Assembly (NCBI GenBank): GCA_040755995.1
Contig: JBFMAF010000004.1
Location: forward strand, 70,117 to 134,116
Length of the DNA: 64,000 nucleotides
DNA from: Acidobacteriota bacterium
Lineage (GTDB): Bacteria; Acidobacteriota; CAIWXX01
Direction of reading: 5' to 3'
The position numbers and the translations under genes are program-made. The notes under the pieces are model-generated. The model searched no databases. It saw only the letters and a list, made by a program, of their open reading frames with translations, and had not been told where the DNA came from. Below, one piece after another: positions 41,040 through 50,507 of the stretch (position 1 is its first letter; every line of letters starts with the position of its first letter).

Positions 41040-41421
41040 TTTCCTCCTCCCTTTCTACACGCAGAAGCGTGCGGTTATTTGTCAGGGCCGCATCGTGCGT
41101 CGGCTGGGAGATCCAGCCTCCGGGATTCGGCCCTCGCCCGTGGGGTACACGAGGACACGATCCATGGTCGTCAAAGAGAGAGGCCGGCTGCGGCCAGGTT
41201 CGGCCCGGCATTCCTGGAGCCAGACGCGCACCCTCTTGGTGGGCCGAGACCGCGGCATACGCCGGCATCGAGAACTTCCCTCTCCATCTAATACAGTGTC
41301 ATGACCCCTGGGGAATCTTGGTCTCGCGCGAGAAGAACGGGTCCTCGGCGGATCCGCGGAGCAGGGGCACCGAAGCTGAATAGGAAGAAATCGAGATGCG
41401 GGGCCTGGTGTCAGAAGCTGG

Positions 41422-41997
41422 TCACCGTTGTTGCTGAGCGCGGAGGAGCAGGTCCGCTACATCGAGCACGGTTGCCCATTTCTCAAGGTACTCGCGATCG
41501 AGAGAGTCTGCTTGGACCTTGAGCACCCCCAGGATGTCGCCCCACTGCCGCTCTGAGATCTGGTTGCCGAGCTTGTACCAGACGAGCTTGTGTATCAGCG
41601 TGTCCTCGGGGCTTGCGAACCGGACGGCTATGCTGCCGCCCTGCTCCTCGAACTGCTCAGTCCTGGCGCGCGTCATCTCCTCGTTAGACCAAGCGTCTCC
41701 TTGCATGATGAAGACGTCGGCCTTGAACATGGTTGCGAGGTGAATCACGTTGAACGATGCTCGATTCTTCACAGCCTCGCAGATCATTTCTGCGTCGACA
41801 TAGAATTGCCCCGCGAGCGCCGTCGTGAGGGGCTCGACATGTGGAAGCCTGATATCTGCCACGAGATCGACATTCTGGGTTGCGCGCGGGATGCCGTACA
41901 CTGAGCTGGCGAGCGACCCGCCCACGAGGTATCGGATCCTCAGATCGTCGAACACGTGCGCGAGCGTTGCGACTACGAGGAGGGGGTCGGATAGCAT
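41422..41997 (-). CDS. Nucleotidyltransferase-fold protein (TA-associated)
   Basis: YLVGGSLASSVYGIPRATQNVDLV, SPEDTLIHKL, RQWGDI. Confidence 0.75.
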   Translation of the reverse strand: MLSDPLLVVATLAHVFDDLRIRYLVGGSLASSVYGIPRATQNVDLVADIRLPHVEPLTTALAGQFYVDAEMICEAVKNRASFNVIHLATMFKADVFIMQGDAWSNEEMTRARTEQFEEQGGSIAVRFASPEDTLIHKLVWYKLGNQISERQWGDILGVLKVQADSLDREYLEKWATVLDVADLLLRAQQQR

Positions 41998-42260
41998 TAA
42001 TAGCCTACGCGCCGGGCGTCCCAGCCGAACGCTCGCACCATGAGCTCGGGGTCGATCCACCGCGAAGCGAGGCGGAGTGCCTGCTCACGCGCGTCAGCCT
42101 CCGGGTGCCGGCGGCGGACGTCCATGAGAGCGAGCTCCTGCACTGCGATCGTGAGCGCCCGGACTCGCTCCAGCTTCTCCGCCGGCGACATTCTGCGGTA
42201 ACCCGCGACAAGCAGCGCCTCGCACTTCGGGTGGGTGTCGTTCGGTGTTCCGGCGCTCAT
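41997..42260 (-). CDS. Small partner protein of the nucleotidyltransferase (putative antitoxin)
   Basis: DTHP...YRRMSPAEKL motif; TAATG coupling with the downstream gene. Confidence 0.7.
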   Translation of the reverse strand: MSAGTPNDTHPKCEALLVAGYRRMSPAEKLERVRALTIAVQELALMDVRRRHPEADAREQALRLASRWIDPELMVRAFGWDARRVGY

Positions 42261-42455
42261 ACATTCAGTCTAGCACAGCCCGCTGTCCTGTTCCCGTATT
42301 GTGCGCCGAGGCCGGCAAGACGGGGAAGGCGCAGCACCGAGTGGACCGCTATTTGTGATGAACGCGTGTGCGGCAGGGGACTCGACGTGAAAGCCCCCTG
42401 CGATCAAGGGCGGCACGCCCGGAGACGGTTCCCCCAGCTGGTCCAGGCTATGTCG

Positions 42456-42968
42456 TTAGCGCTGGATTGGGGCATCACATGCCCGCTTGATTTCCCCTAT
42501 GTCGATCTTCTTCATTTGAAGCATTGCTCTCATGGCTCTTTGCGACTTGCCGGTGTCGGGATCGCTCAGTAGAGCACCCAACATCTTGGGAACGACCTGC
42601 CAGGACACGCCATACTTGTCTTTCAGCCAGCCGCACTGCTGTGCCTTCTCATCGCCGCCTTCGGAGAGTTTCTCCCAGTAATAGTCGATCTCCGCCTGCG
42701 TCTCGCAGTTCACCTGGAACGAAATGGCTTCGTTGAACTTGAACAACGGACCGCCGTTGAGGGCGGTAAACGCCTGCCCGTCGACCTCGAACTCAACGGT
42801 CATCACCGATCCCTCCGGTCTTCCGTGAATCTCAAAGCCCTCACTTCCGAAGCGAGTGATTCTCCCGATCTTCGAATTCCTGAAAATAGAGGTGTAGAAA
42901 TTGGCCGCCTCTTCCGCCTCGTTATCGAACCACAAGCATGGTGTGATTCTCTGTGTGTCGAGTTGCAT
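42456..42968 (-). CDS. VOC/PhnB-like (3-dmu-9_3-mt family) protein
   Basis: ITPCLWF, ALNGGP, CGWLKDKYGVSWQ. Confidence 0.92.
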   Translation of the reverse strand: MQLDTQRITPCLWFDNEAEEAANFYTSIFRNSKIGRITRFGSEGFEIHGRPEGSVMTVEFEVDGQAFTALNGGPLFKFNEAISFQVNCETQAEIDYYWEKLSEGGDEKAQQCGWLKDKYGVSWQVVPKMLGALLSDPDTGKSQRAMRAMLQMKKIDIGEIKRACDAPIQR

Positions 42969-43150
42969 CTTGATTTCCTTTCCCTATCTGCCCACTGTTC
43001 AGATCGCTTCCAGATCAGCGCGTGTTCCCGCCCTCTCCTTCCGGATAATACCTTGCACAGGATACTGTGTCAGCATGCTTGCCAGCGGGGGCAGAGGAAG
43101 AGCATGGACCCAGGGGCGACAGCCCCACCGAGCGGCGCCGCGCCCGGCCG

Positions 43151-43549
43151 TCACCAGAAGCTTCGGCAGTGAGGATACGCGCGTATTCTCTCGTCGGAAG
43201 TGACGATTGTCGCGTTCTCATCGCGCGCAGTTGCGACGATGATCTGATCGGCGGGGTCGTCGTGGAAAGCCTCTGGAAGCACAGTCGACCGGTAGGCGAT
43301 AGCAGGCGACAGGGGCACGAGGCGGAGCTTCGGCATTTCCAGCGCCTGTTCGATCCACTCCTCGGGGTCGCAAGATATGGCCAATCGCCGCTTCTCTATG
43401 AGCTTGGCGAGCTCCCACACCGAGATCGCCGAAAGCAGCAATTCCTCGTAGCGGGAGGGCGATGAAATCAACGACCGGGCCTTCCTCGATAGTTTCTGAG
43501 GGTGCATGTTCCACCAGATCCAGGCATGGGTGTCGAGCAGGTACTTCAC
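43151..43549 (-). CDS. vapC: PIN-domain toxin (VapC)
   Basis: LLDTHAWIW, SAISVWE, HDDPADQIIVATA; GTGA overlap with the antitoxin. Confidence 0.92.
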   Translation of the reverse strand: MKYLLDTHAWIWWNMHPQKLSRKARSLISSPSRYEELLLSAISVWELAKLIEKRRLAISCDPEEWIEQALEMPKLRLVPLSPAIAYRSTVLPEAFHDDPADQIIVATARDENATIVTSDERIRAYPHCRSFW

Positions 43550-43779
43550 CGGGCCGCCTCCCACATCGCGGCGCCAAGTGGAGAGACGATGTCCTTCTCA
43601 AACACGAGCGCCGCCGAGAGTTTGCCGGCGACCGGAGCGGCCGATGGCGGCACATACGGCACTACCTGAGCGAGCGGCTTCCCGCGCCGTGTGATGACGA
43701 TGGGCTGCCGCGATGCTGCCACGCCTCCGATCTCCTCCAGCGCATGGGCCTTGAAAACGCTGATCGGCATGCTGCGCAT
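43546..43779 (-). CDS. Phd/YefM antitoxin
   Basis: ISVFKAH...IVITRRGKPLAQVVP. Confidence 0.9.
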   Translation of the reverse strand: MRSMPISVFKAHALEEIGGVAASRQPIVITRRGKPLAQVVPYVPPSAAPVAGKLSAALVFEKDIVSPLGAAMWEAAR

Positions 43780-43796
43780 CGTCCACCTCCGCGTTC

Positions 43797-43825
43797 AATA
43801 TAGTCATTTCAACTGGTCATGTCAA
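43797..43825 (-). promoter_or_regulatory. Sigma70 promoter of the second phd-vapC operon
   Basis: TTGACA-17 nt-TATATT with three TGAC repeats (possible antitoxin operator). Confidence 0.7.
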
Positions 43826-43924
43826 CCCGAACGCGTCGGGTGCGACCATGTGTCCGCCTGCGTCACCCTCCGTCCGATGTGGCCAGGCTCGTACCCCGTC
43901 GGTCTGGACAGGTCGCGGCCTGGA

Positions 43925-44160
43925 AAGTAGTGCGACGGTCCGCCCGTTGGCAGATCGAAGCCGGTGATCACGCCATCGTGCAGGGTCTTTGGACACCGAT
44001 ATCCGGCCAGAGCGGACACGCGCAGCTGGGCGGTGGCCGGAACGAGCATGTCGGCCTGGGTGGGGCGTCTTCGCCGGACATATCCGACTCACAGTCTCCA
44101 TCGCTTCACCTGCCGGCGGTGGCGGAGCAGGTGCACGATCGCGTGCTCGAGCAGCATCTC
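43925..44160 (-). repeat. Patchwork of diverged fragments of four genes found elsewhere in the window
   Basis: Matches to ~52397-52452, 49297-49326, ~32140-32170 and 34118-34189. Confidence 0.8.
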
Positions 44161-44998
44161 AGCATCGGTCTATCAGCGCCTTGATGAACCCGACCACGTC
44201 CGCCTGGATCTCCTGGTCCCTCCGGCCCTGCAGGAATTCCGCGACCCGCCGCGGGCCAATGGCCTGGTGATCGAGGAAGTCGGCGCGGAGCACATTGATG
44301 GCCCGGCGGGCGTCGAGGTCTTCGAGCATCGGACGGAGGCACGCAGCCACGTCGTCTACGCCCGCGCCGAAGTTGCGGACGACGTAGTAGAGGTCGTAGG
44401 CGTCCTTGTTCTCGCCGCGCCCGAGAAAGGCGAGCGCCTTGAGGACGACGAACGCGCCTGGGCCGCAGACCCAGACCTCGCGCGCAGCCTTCTCGCCGAG
44501 AATAGTCGTGCCCTCTATCAGGATGCGTCGCCGATCCTGGAAGGCCAGCCTCAGTCCTGGGGCAATGATGGCGGCGAAGTCCCTCTCAATGTCACGGAGC
44601 TTCCCGGCCTGGTCGGTCTCCCTGGATGGCGGGATGAGGAAGTCCACGGTCACCGAGCCGCGGCCCGTCACTCGCCAGCGTTGCCGTGTTCGCCGCCCGT
44701 GGCCGGTCTCGTCCTGCACGAAGCCGGCGTCTCGCAGTCGCTCCGTGAGCGTGCGATACCGCCCCTCATCGAGCAGTGCAAGATTCAACCCCACGTCGAG
44801 GTCCATGGTGCCCACGTGGCGTGACGTGCCGTCTGGCAGAGCGGCCTGATCGATGAGCAGGGACGGCACGAGCCCGCCGACGACCACGATCTCGTCCGTC
44901 AGATCGCCGAGCCTGGTGGCGACGTAGAGGCAGGTCGAGCGCACAAGCTCCAATTGCTCGCTGCTGTACTCCAATGCTCGCCTGGGTCTCTCATCCAT
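44159..44998 (-). CDS. Nucleotidyltransferase toxin (type IV TA, AbiEii-like)
   Basis: VVVGGLVP...HVGTMDLDV, LKALA...KDAYDL. Confidence 0.75.
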   Translation of the reverse strand: MDERPRRALEYSSEQLELVRSTCLYVATRLGDLTDEIVVVGGLVPSLLIDQAALPDGTSRHVGTMDLDVGLNLALLDEGRYRTLTERLRDAGFVQDETGHGRRTRQRWRVTGRGSVTVDFLIPPSRETDQAGKLRDIERDFAAIIAPGLRLAFQDRRRILIEGTTILGEKAAREVWVCGPGAFVVLKALAFLGRGENKDAYDLYYVVRNFGAGVDDVAACLRPMLEDLDARRAINVLRADFLDHQAIGPRRVAEFLQGRRDQEIQADVVGFIKALIDRC

Positions 44999-46046
44999 CG
45001 CGCTTCCAGTTCAGCATTTCGGCCCGCAGGCGCTCGGCGGCCTCGGGTGCCCGCTCGGGGTGCTCCTTCAGATCGACGTATGCCTGCACGGGGTGCACGC
45101 ACTGGATGCCGCCTTTCGTGACCGCCCCGTGGAAGACACCCGCATCGTTCGGGACGACCAGCCAGATGTTTGCCCCACGTGGGTCGTCGCGGTAGCCGAT
45201 CCGATCGAGGAGCGAAGTCGACGGGTCGGTGGCCAGATACACTGTGGCGATGCGGAACGCGGCGAAGCGTGTGAATGCCCACGCAGCGGCAAGCCCAGTC
45301 GCCGCGTGTGCCATCCCTTGCTCCTCGAGGCTGTGACTGACGAACTCGCATAGCGCGTCTCCGGAACGAGCAGCCACGTGGCCCCGGCGGATAGTGTGCT
45401 TCGAGAACTGGTAGGCCTCGCGCCAGGCGTCGAGCAGGAGCCCCGGGTCCTTGGGGCGGACGGCACCGGCTTCGTCACGGACCAGGTAGTCATCGCGCTC
45501 GAGGCCCGAGACGATTCGGCTGACGAAGCCCTCGGTCATGTCGGTCGCGCGGGCGATCCGCCGTTGAGTAAGCGGCTCGGCGAAGTGGATCAGGAGCCAA
45601 CGGACGACACGCGAGCTCTTGGGCGCGAACAGGCTGGGCGGCCTCCCGACAGACCGGAAACGGTTCGGCCTGCCGTCTACAATCACCCGGAGGCCGGGTG
45701 CCACGATGTGGGCATTGCCGCTGAGATCGATCCAGCCGACGCCGGCCTCCTCGCAAAGACGACGCCCCACCCCACCCATGAAGGGTACGGCCAGAAGCGG
45801 CACCACGCGCCGGCGGAATCGCATGGCCGCCTCCCGCAGCCTTCTCGATGCAGCAGCGACAGGAGCCGCCCCAACCGATTTCTTGAACTCTACCAGGAAG
45901 GTCCGCCCTGCCGCCGACACGAGGAAGTCGGCACCGGACGACTTGTCCGCGCGCACCTCGATGTGATCCGGGCGAACGCCCAGCAACCCGGCGAGCATCT
46001 CGGGGACCCCGGCGGCCATTCGGTTATGCTGAGAGCCTACGTTCAT
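44991..46046 (-). CDS. Type IV TA antitoxin (AbiEi-like; nuclease-like, HTH and C-terminal domains)
   Basis: WIDLSGNAHI, LFAPKSSRVVRWLL, HTH, LLDAW, VHPVQAYVDL...ERAPEAA; overlaps the toxin start. Confidence 0.75.
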   Translation of the reverse strand: MNVGSQHNRMAAGVPEMLAGLLGVRPDHIEVRADKSSGADFLVSAAGRTFLVEFKKSVGAAPVAAASRRLREAAMRFRRRVVPLLAVPFMGGVGRRLCEEAGVGWIDLSGNAHIVAPGLRVIVDGRPNRFRSVGRPPSLFAPKSSRVVRWLLIHFAEPLTQRRIARATDMTEGFVSRIVSGLERDDYLVRDEAGAVRPKDPGLLLDAWREAYQFSKHTIRRGHVAARSGDALCEFVSHSLEEQGMAHAATGLAAAWAFTRFAAFRIATVYLATDPSTSLLDRIGYRDDPRGANIWLVVPNDAGVFHGAVTKGGIQCVHPVQAYVDLKEHPERAPEAAERLRAEMLNWKRDG

Positions 46047-46545
46047 GCTTCACTAAATACCATGACTTCACGATTCTGTCCAGCAGGCTGGTTTAGTGAA
46101 GTTGGAGTTGGTCCGCCCTGCTGCAGCCTGCTGGAAATGGTCGATGCCCGGCACTGATCCGCCGCGCGCGCCGCGCGTTCCCGTCATAGTCGAAGCCGAT
46201 CACCGATACAGGCTCGCCGATGACGAATCCATGTACATGTGGCCTTTGATGGACCTGCCAGGTCCCCCAAGCTCCATCAACGCCAGCTCCACGAGGCCGA
46301 TGGCACCCGGGTCCCGGAGGTCTAACTCGGTAACGCAACGCTTCCAACTAATATGCATCGTACTTTCCGGTGCCAAAGTACCGAACAACGTCTGCGTCGT
46401 CAACTGCAGGTCGTCGTCGTTCCATGCGAGAATGTAGCTGACGCCACCGACAGCCGGCCTGTCATAGGAAACCTGGACTGCGGTCGAGCGCCGTGTTCCG
46501 GACGGCCTTCTCACTCACGCCGCCGGCAAACCGGTTGGCCGGTTC

Positions 46546-46770
46546 TCAGGCGTAGTCGAACACGGGCGCGTGTTTCGTCGGTTTCTCGTGCTGTTGCATG
46601 AGCGTCTCGATATGCCGTACCGTCTCTGGGGTAAGGAGCATGTCAGAGCATACGTCACAGACTTCCGCCGGTACGTTCTCGAAGACCAACACCTCCGCCC
46701 CATGCTTCAGGGTGTGGACGATCAGGCGATGCTCATATGTCCCCGTGCATCCCCGGATACTGCATTTCAT
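46546..46770 (-). CDS. YgiT/MqsA-type zinc-finger protein
   Basis: MKCSIRGC...ENVPAEVCDVCSD. Confidence 0.88.
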   Translation of the reverse strand: MKCSIRGCTGTYEHRLIVHTLKHGAEVLVFENVPAEVCDVCSDMLLTPETVRHIETLMQQHEKPTKHAPVFDYA

Positions 46771-47108
46771 GCCCTTCTCCCTCTCTCAAACGGCGTCGCC
46801 CACTTGGGTGGCCGCGGCTCGTACACAGTGATGATTATGGCAATGTCGAGGCTGGTTGTACAGACCACATGAACGTACCTGCCCCGCGCGGTCCGTTGGC
46901 CGACCAGACAACAAGGTCCGCGTTTGTGTTCGGGGTAGTTCTCGATCAGGACCGGGTCCAGGAGCACGTCTCGGACGTCCTCCAGGGAAATGTCCTCTTC
47001 GACCATTTCCTGATGGGCATGGACGGTGACGCGCAGCCGGTCAGTCTCCGCCTGCTGACGCAGGCGACCCGCGATAGCGTCGCCCTCCCGCGCATCGGTC
47101 TCGGCCAT
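46767..47108 (-). CDS. DUF4258 family putative toxin
   Basis: HAHQEM, IENYPEHKRGPCCL, HVV, IITVYEP...W; ATGA overlap. Confidence 0.85.
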   Translation of the reverse strand: MAETDAREGDAIAGRLRQQAETDRLRVTVHAHQEMVEEDISLEDVRDVLLDPVLIENYPEHKRGPCCLVGQRTARGRYVHVVCTTSLDIAIIITVYEPRPPKWATPFERGRRA

Positions 47109-47242
47109 GATTGAGGAGAGTATCCCAGCTTGTCGCGTATCTCAAGCTCGCACCGTCTCGGGATCAAGCTCATAGGGCATCTCAAGGAGTGCGTCCGCAT
47201 CCGCACCGGCGAACGGGGGGGCCAAGCCATCTGACTTGGCGC

Positions 47243-47848
47243 TCAGTCCGCGTTCTTCCGCTGCCGGTAGAACTTGCGGGCCTTGGCGCGGTTGCCGCAG
47301 ACCTTCATGTCGCACCAGCGGCGCGAGTGATTCTTGCTGCGATCCACGAAAAACCAGCGGCAGGATTCGGCATCGCATCGGCGAATGAATTGGGCATCCC
47401 CGGAGGTCAGCAACCGGCTTGCGGCACTGGCGATTGGCCACAGCAGGGAGCCGGGCTGTTGCGGATCATTCACAAGCTGGAGGCTGTAGCCTTCCGGTGC
47501 CGCGTGGAGTTGCACCTGGGCCTGAGCATGGCTCAGGAACGCGTTGAACCGGCGGAGGTCCTCGGAAGCAGGAGAACGGTGTTCCATAAGCGCCAGGACG
47601 AGGCGGTGCAGGCTGCCGCGGAACTGGACCGCCTGCCTAAAGCTTGTTTCCGCGGCCTGGGGATTCTCCTTCGCCAGCCGCAAGCGGGACGCGCGCTGTG
47701 AGGCGCTGATCACTCCCGCTCCGGCCGCCCAGTCCACCAGGTCCCGGTATGAATGCAGCGAATCACTCGGGGGGACTGGCCCGGCGGGAGGGTCGAACGT
47801 GTTGATGAAGTCGAGGCTGAGATCCCCCGCGATGAACTCGAATCCCAC
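47243..47848 (-). CDS. ABATE/CGNR zinc-finger regulator
   Basis: LDFINT N-terminus; CxxxxC...FVDRSKNHSRRWCDMKVCGNRAK. Confidence 0.92.
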   Translation of the reverse strand: MGFEFIAGDLSLDFINTFDPPAGPVPPSDSLHSYRDLVDWAAGAGVISASQRASRLRLAKENPQAAETSFRQAVQFRGSLHRLVLALMEHRSPASEDLRRFNAFLSHAQAQVQLHAAPEGYSLQLVNDPQQPGSLLWPIASAASRLLTSGDAQFIRRCDAESCRWFFVDRSKNHSRRWCDMKVCGNRAKARKFYRQRKNAD

Positions 47849-47873
47849 CGGCGTCCTTTCTCAGTCTACATTG

Positions 47874-47950
47874 TAACCGGCTAAAAACAAATTGACAAGT
47901 TAGTAGGTGTCTCGTAAACTATAACCGATGAAAGGCAGTATAGAAGGTTA
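47874..47950. promoter_or_regulatory. Sigma70 promoter (47892-47920) with two TAAC-N21-GTTA operator candidates
   Basis: TTGACA-17 nt-TAAACT; 29-bp boxes at 47874-47902 and 47922-47950. Confidence 0.6.
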
Positions 47951-48906
47951 TGTCGATTTCTCAAACGCCTGGAGCCTATTCCGGCGCCCCTGCCACCACA
48001 CCGCGGTTGTGGCTGGCGCTCGCCTTCTTCGTGATCTTTGTCGTGTGGGGGACAACCTATCTGGCCATCCGTTACGCGGTGGAAACGATTCCTCCCTTGG
48101 TCACCGCAGGCATTCGGCACACCACGGCCGGAGGGATTCTGATGGGAATTGGCTGGCTGCGGGGCTTTCGGCCCCGCAGGGAGCACTGGATGGCCGGAGC
48201 CGCGGTGGGGGCTCTCTTCTTCCTGATCGGCCACGGCAGCCTGCACTGGGCCGAGCAGTATGTGTCATCGGGATTGGCCGCGCTTCTGATAGCCAGTGAA
48301 CCCCTGTGGATTCTGGTGATCGGTTCGGCCATGGGCCAACAGAGGATTACCTGGCGGAGTGGCCTGGGGCTGTTGCTTGGGTTGGCGGGGGTCGCCATTC
48401 TGACGGTTCCCACGCTCACGGCCCTGACGGCGGTTACCTGGGCCGTGGCGGCGGTGCTGGCAAGCGCGGCGTCTTGGGCGCTTGGCGTTTGCCTTTCGCC
48501 CCGGCTGGACCTTCCCGGCGACGCGGTGGGGAGAACGGCGGTGCCCGCGCTTTGCGGAGGGGCCATGTTGCTGGTTGCAGCCGGTGCCTCTGGCGAGCTC
48601 AGCGCGATGCACTGGAGCGTCGTGTCTTTGAAGTCTCTTCTCGGCCTGGTCTATCTGATCACCTTCGGTTCGGTAATCGCGTTCACGGCTTACACCTGGC
48701 TTCTCCAGCGTGTCTCGCCCACGCTGGTGGCTACCCATAGCTTCGTAAACCCGGTGGTGGCGGTGCTGGTGGGTTGGTGGTGGGCTTCTGAACCTTTGAG
48801 TCTCCGTGTCCTGCTGTCTACGGCAGTGATTCTTGCGGCGATTGCATTGGTTCAGCGGGGTGACCGGCACCCCGAGCTCCTGGTGGAGGAAGGGGAGCCG
48901 AGCTGA
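47950..48906 (+). CDS. EamA/DMT family transporter (YedA-like)
   Basis: VWGTTYLAI, YLITFGSVIAFTAY, FVNPVVAV; about ten TM helices. Confidence 0.92.
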   Translation: MSISQTPGAYSGAPATTPRLWLALAFFVIFVVWGTTYLAIRYAVETIPPLVTAGIRHTTAGGILMGIGWLRGFRPRREHWMAGAAVGALFFLIGHGSLHWAEQYVSSGLAALLIASEPLWILVIGSAMGQQRITWRSGLGLLLGLAGVAILTVPTLTALTAVTWAVAAVLASAASWALGVCLSPRLDLPGDAVGRTAVPALCGGAMLLVAAGASGELSAMHWSVVSLKSLLGLVYLITFGSVIAFTAYTWLLQRVSPTLVATHSFVNPVVAVLVGWWWASEPLSLRVLLSTAVILAAIALVQRGDRHPELLVEEGEPS

Positions 48907-49078
48907 GTTTGAGCCCTCATACCGTCATCGATGAGGGAGGGAGATGCGTCGTGGGGCCGGGCCGCCCTTCAAGGAAACGAGCTGATAGAGCGACCAACTC
49001 GATTGAACCGCTCAGGTCCAGGTCGGCCGGGACTGCCTTGTGCCAGCGTCCGCGTCGGGTCGCAGCCTGGGTCTCGAG

Positions 49079-49255
49079 CTACTGGGGCTGCTCGACAGTC
49101 TGCTCGGCACGGTCCCCTGCGAGATTGACGACTTCCCGCCCGGCTTGCTCCTGCCGCTTGCGAAGCTCCGCGGCGAGAGCGTCCAGGTCGTAGTCGAATT
49201 CCTTCGCAAGGCGGTCCTTCGCCCGCCAGACCTCTTCGATAGTTTCGTCAACCAT
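49079..49255 (-). CDS. Small partner protein of the PIN gene (58 aa, below the ORF-track cutoff)
   Basis: MVDETIEEVWRAKDRLAKEFDYDLDALAAELRKRQ...; overlaps the PIN stop codon. Confidence 0.65.
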   Translation of the reverse strand: MVDETIEEVWRAKDRLAKEFDYDLDALAAELRKRQEQAGREVVNLAGDRAEQTVEQPQ

Positions 49256-49722
49256 TCTCTTTCTCTCCCATAAGCTCCAGCGGCGTGCAGATCTCCGGAC
49301 ACCGATATCCGGCCAGAGTGCACACGCTCCTCACGAGCGGCTTTCTCTCCGCGTTATCAAGATGACGGCAATTCCAGGTGAGCAGGTAGTCGATGCCATG
49401 ACCTGCGGCCACCGCGATGTGCATGGCGTCGCCCGTGGCTTCCCTGGGCAAAGCGCCCTCATTGAGCATCCTCTTTGCCAATGCAACGACCTCGTCGGTC
49501 ACGTCGAGGTCGGGAATGCCTTGGAGTTTGTCCACCCGCCTCTGGGTCGTTTTGACCAGCCTCGGCGAGTACCAGTTCCGACGTAAACAGCTCAAATCGC
49601 GATCTCCGCTTCTCCCACCATTCCCGTGTCACCTCCTGCCAAGCCGCCGCCAGGATGTTTCGGCTGGGACGTGCCACGAGATAGCTGATCACGGATGTCT
49701 CGACATAGACTCGCGCTCCCAT
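49248..49722 (-). pseudogene. Frameshifted PIN-domain toxin
   Basis: VYVETSVISYL...EAGQNDPEA in one frame and RRVDKL...DAMHIAVA...LLTWNCRH...PEICTP in another; shift near 49540. Confidence 0.85.
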
Positions 49723-49788
49723 GGAGATGATTCTACCATGGGCGAAGAGGTGCCGCGAGGACCGGCCACGCCAACTCGCGGAGCAAGT

Positions 49789-50203
49789 GTTCGACTCCCA
49801 GCCGTTCACACCGGCCGTGTAGCCGCCGGCTCCGGTCGTGCTGTAGCTGTTCTTCACGATCCACCGGCCCATCGCCAGCGCCGATTCCTTGTATTCATCG
49901 CCGCCGAGTCGCTGGTAGAGATCCAGCAGAGCAACCATCGCCCAGCTCATGTTGCCCGGCCCGACGCCGTTTCCGTACTTGTCGTAGTTGTGCCTGGCGA
50001 CGTCCCCCTTGTTGCCGTATGTCGTGCCGGTGGCGAGATCGTCGGGGTAGTAGACGTTCCGGATGCGTCCGTCGGGGATCTCGTCGTGTTGCTGCGCCCA
50101 GACGAGGCTGTCACCCAGCAATCGGGCGCGGGCGGCGTCACCGGGGTCGCCGGTGGAGAGGAAGGCGAGAAGCATCAGTGCATTGTCGTAGGTGTGGCCG
50201 GCC
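49789..50203 (-). repeat. Inverted ~415 bp duplicate of 53940-54354
   Basis: Near-identical reverse complement with a few substitutions (e.g. NSYS versus NTYS). Confidence 0.92.
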
Positions 50204-50282
50204 CCAGCCTATCCGCTCCCCTCCCGCAGCCGTGTGACACATCCGTTCTTGCGTTCAGCCCTTGTGCCTTCTCCGACTTCGC

Positions 50283-50311
50283 TTGACAGTGAGGGCAGAT
50301 CGTTCGATACT
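50283..50311 (+). promoter_or_regulatory. Sigma70 promoter upstream of the dCTP deaminase
   Basis: TTGACA-17 nt-GATACT, about 190 nt before the ATG. Confidence 0.55.
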
Positions 50312-50507
50312 CCCGGCAAGGGAATTGACTCGGGATGCCTGGGATGATTCTTCCTGCAATTCGCCAGGGACGACAAAACACCAGCGGCACTCCTGGGCGT
50401 TGCCAGCCTAGGAAACCGACGCCTACAATCATCCAGTGCGTGGCTAGGCAGAAAGAACTCGCTGGCGTGGCTACTTCAATAATTATGCAAACGGGAGGGA
50501 TCAGAAT

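Noticed and set aside
41320..41347. 24/28 match to 55407-55434 (glycosyltransferase 3' region)
   Set aside because: Borderline for a chance match in a GC-rich 64 kb self-comparison.
43925..44160. CRISPR array
   Set aside because: No direct repeats between the fragments and no cas genes in the window.
32046..49722. Integron cassette array
   Set aside because: Gene content is cassette-like, but I found no integrase or recurring attC structure, and several genes have their own promoters.
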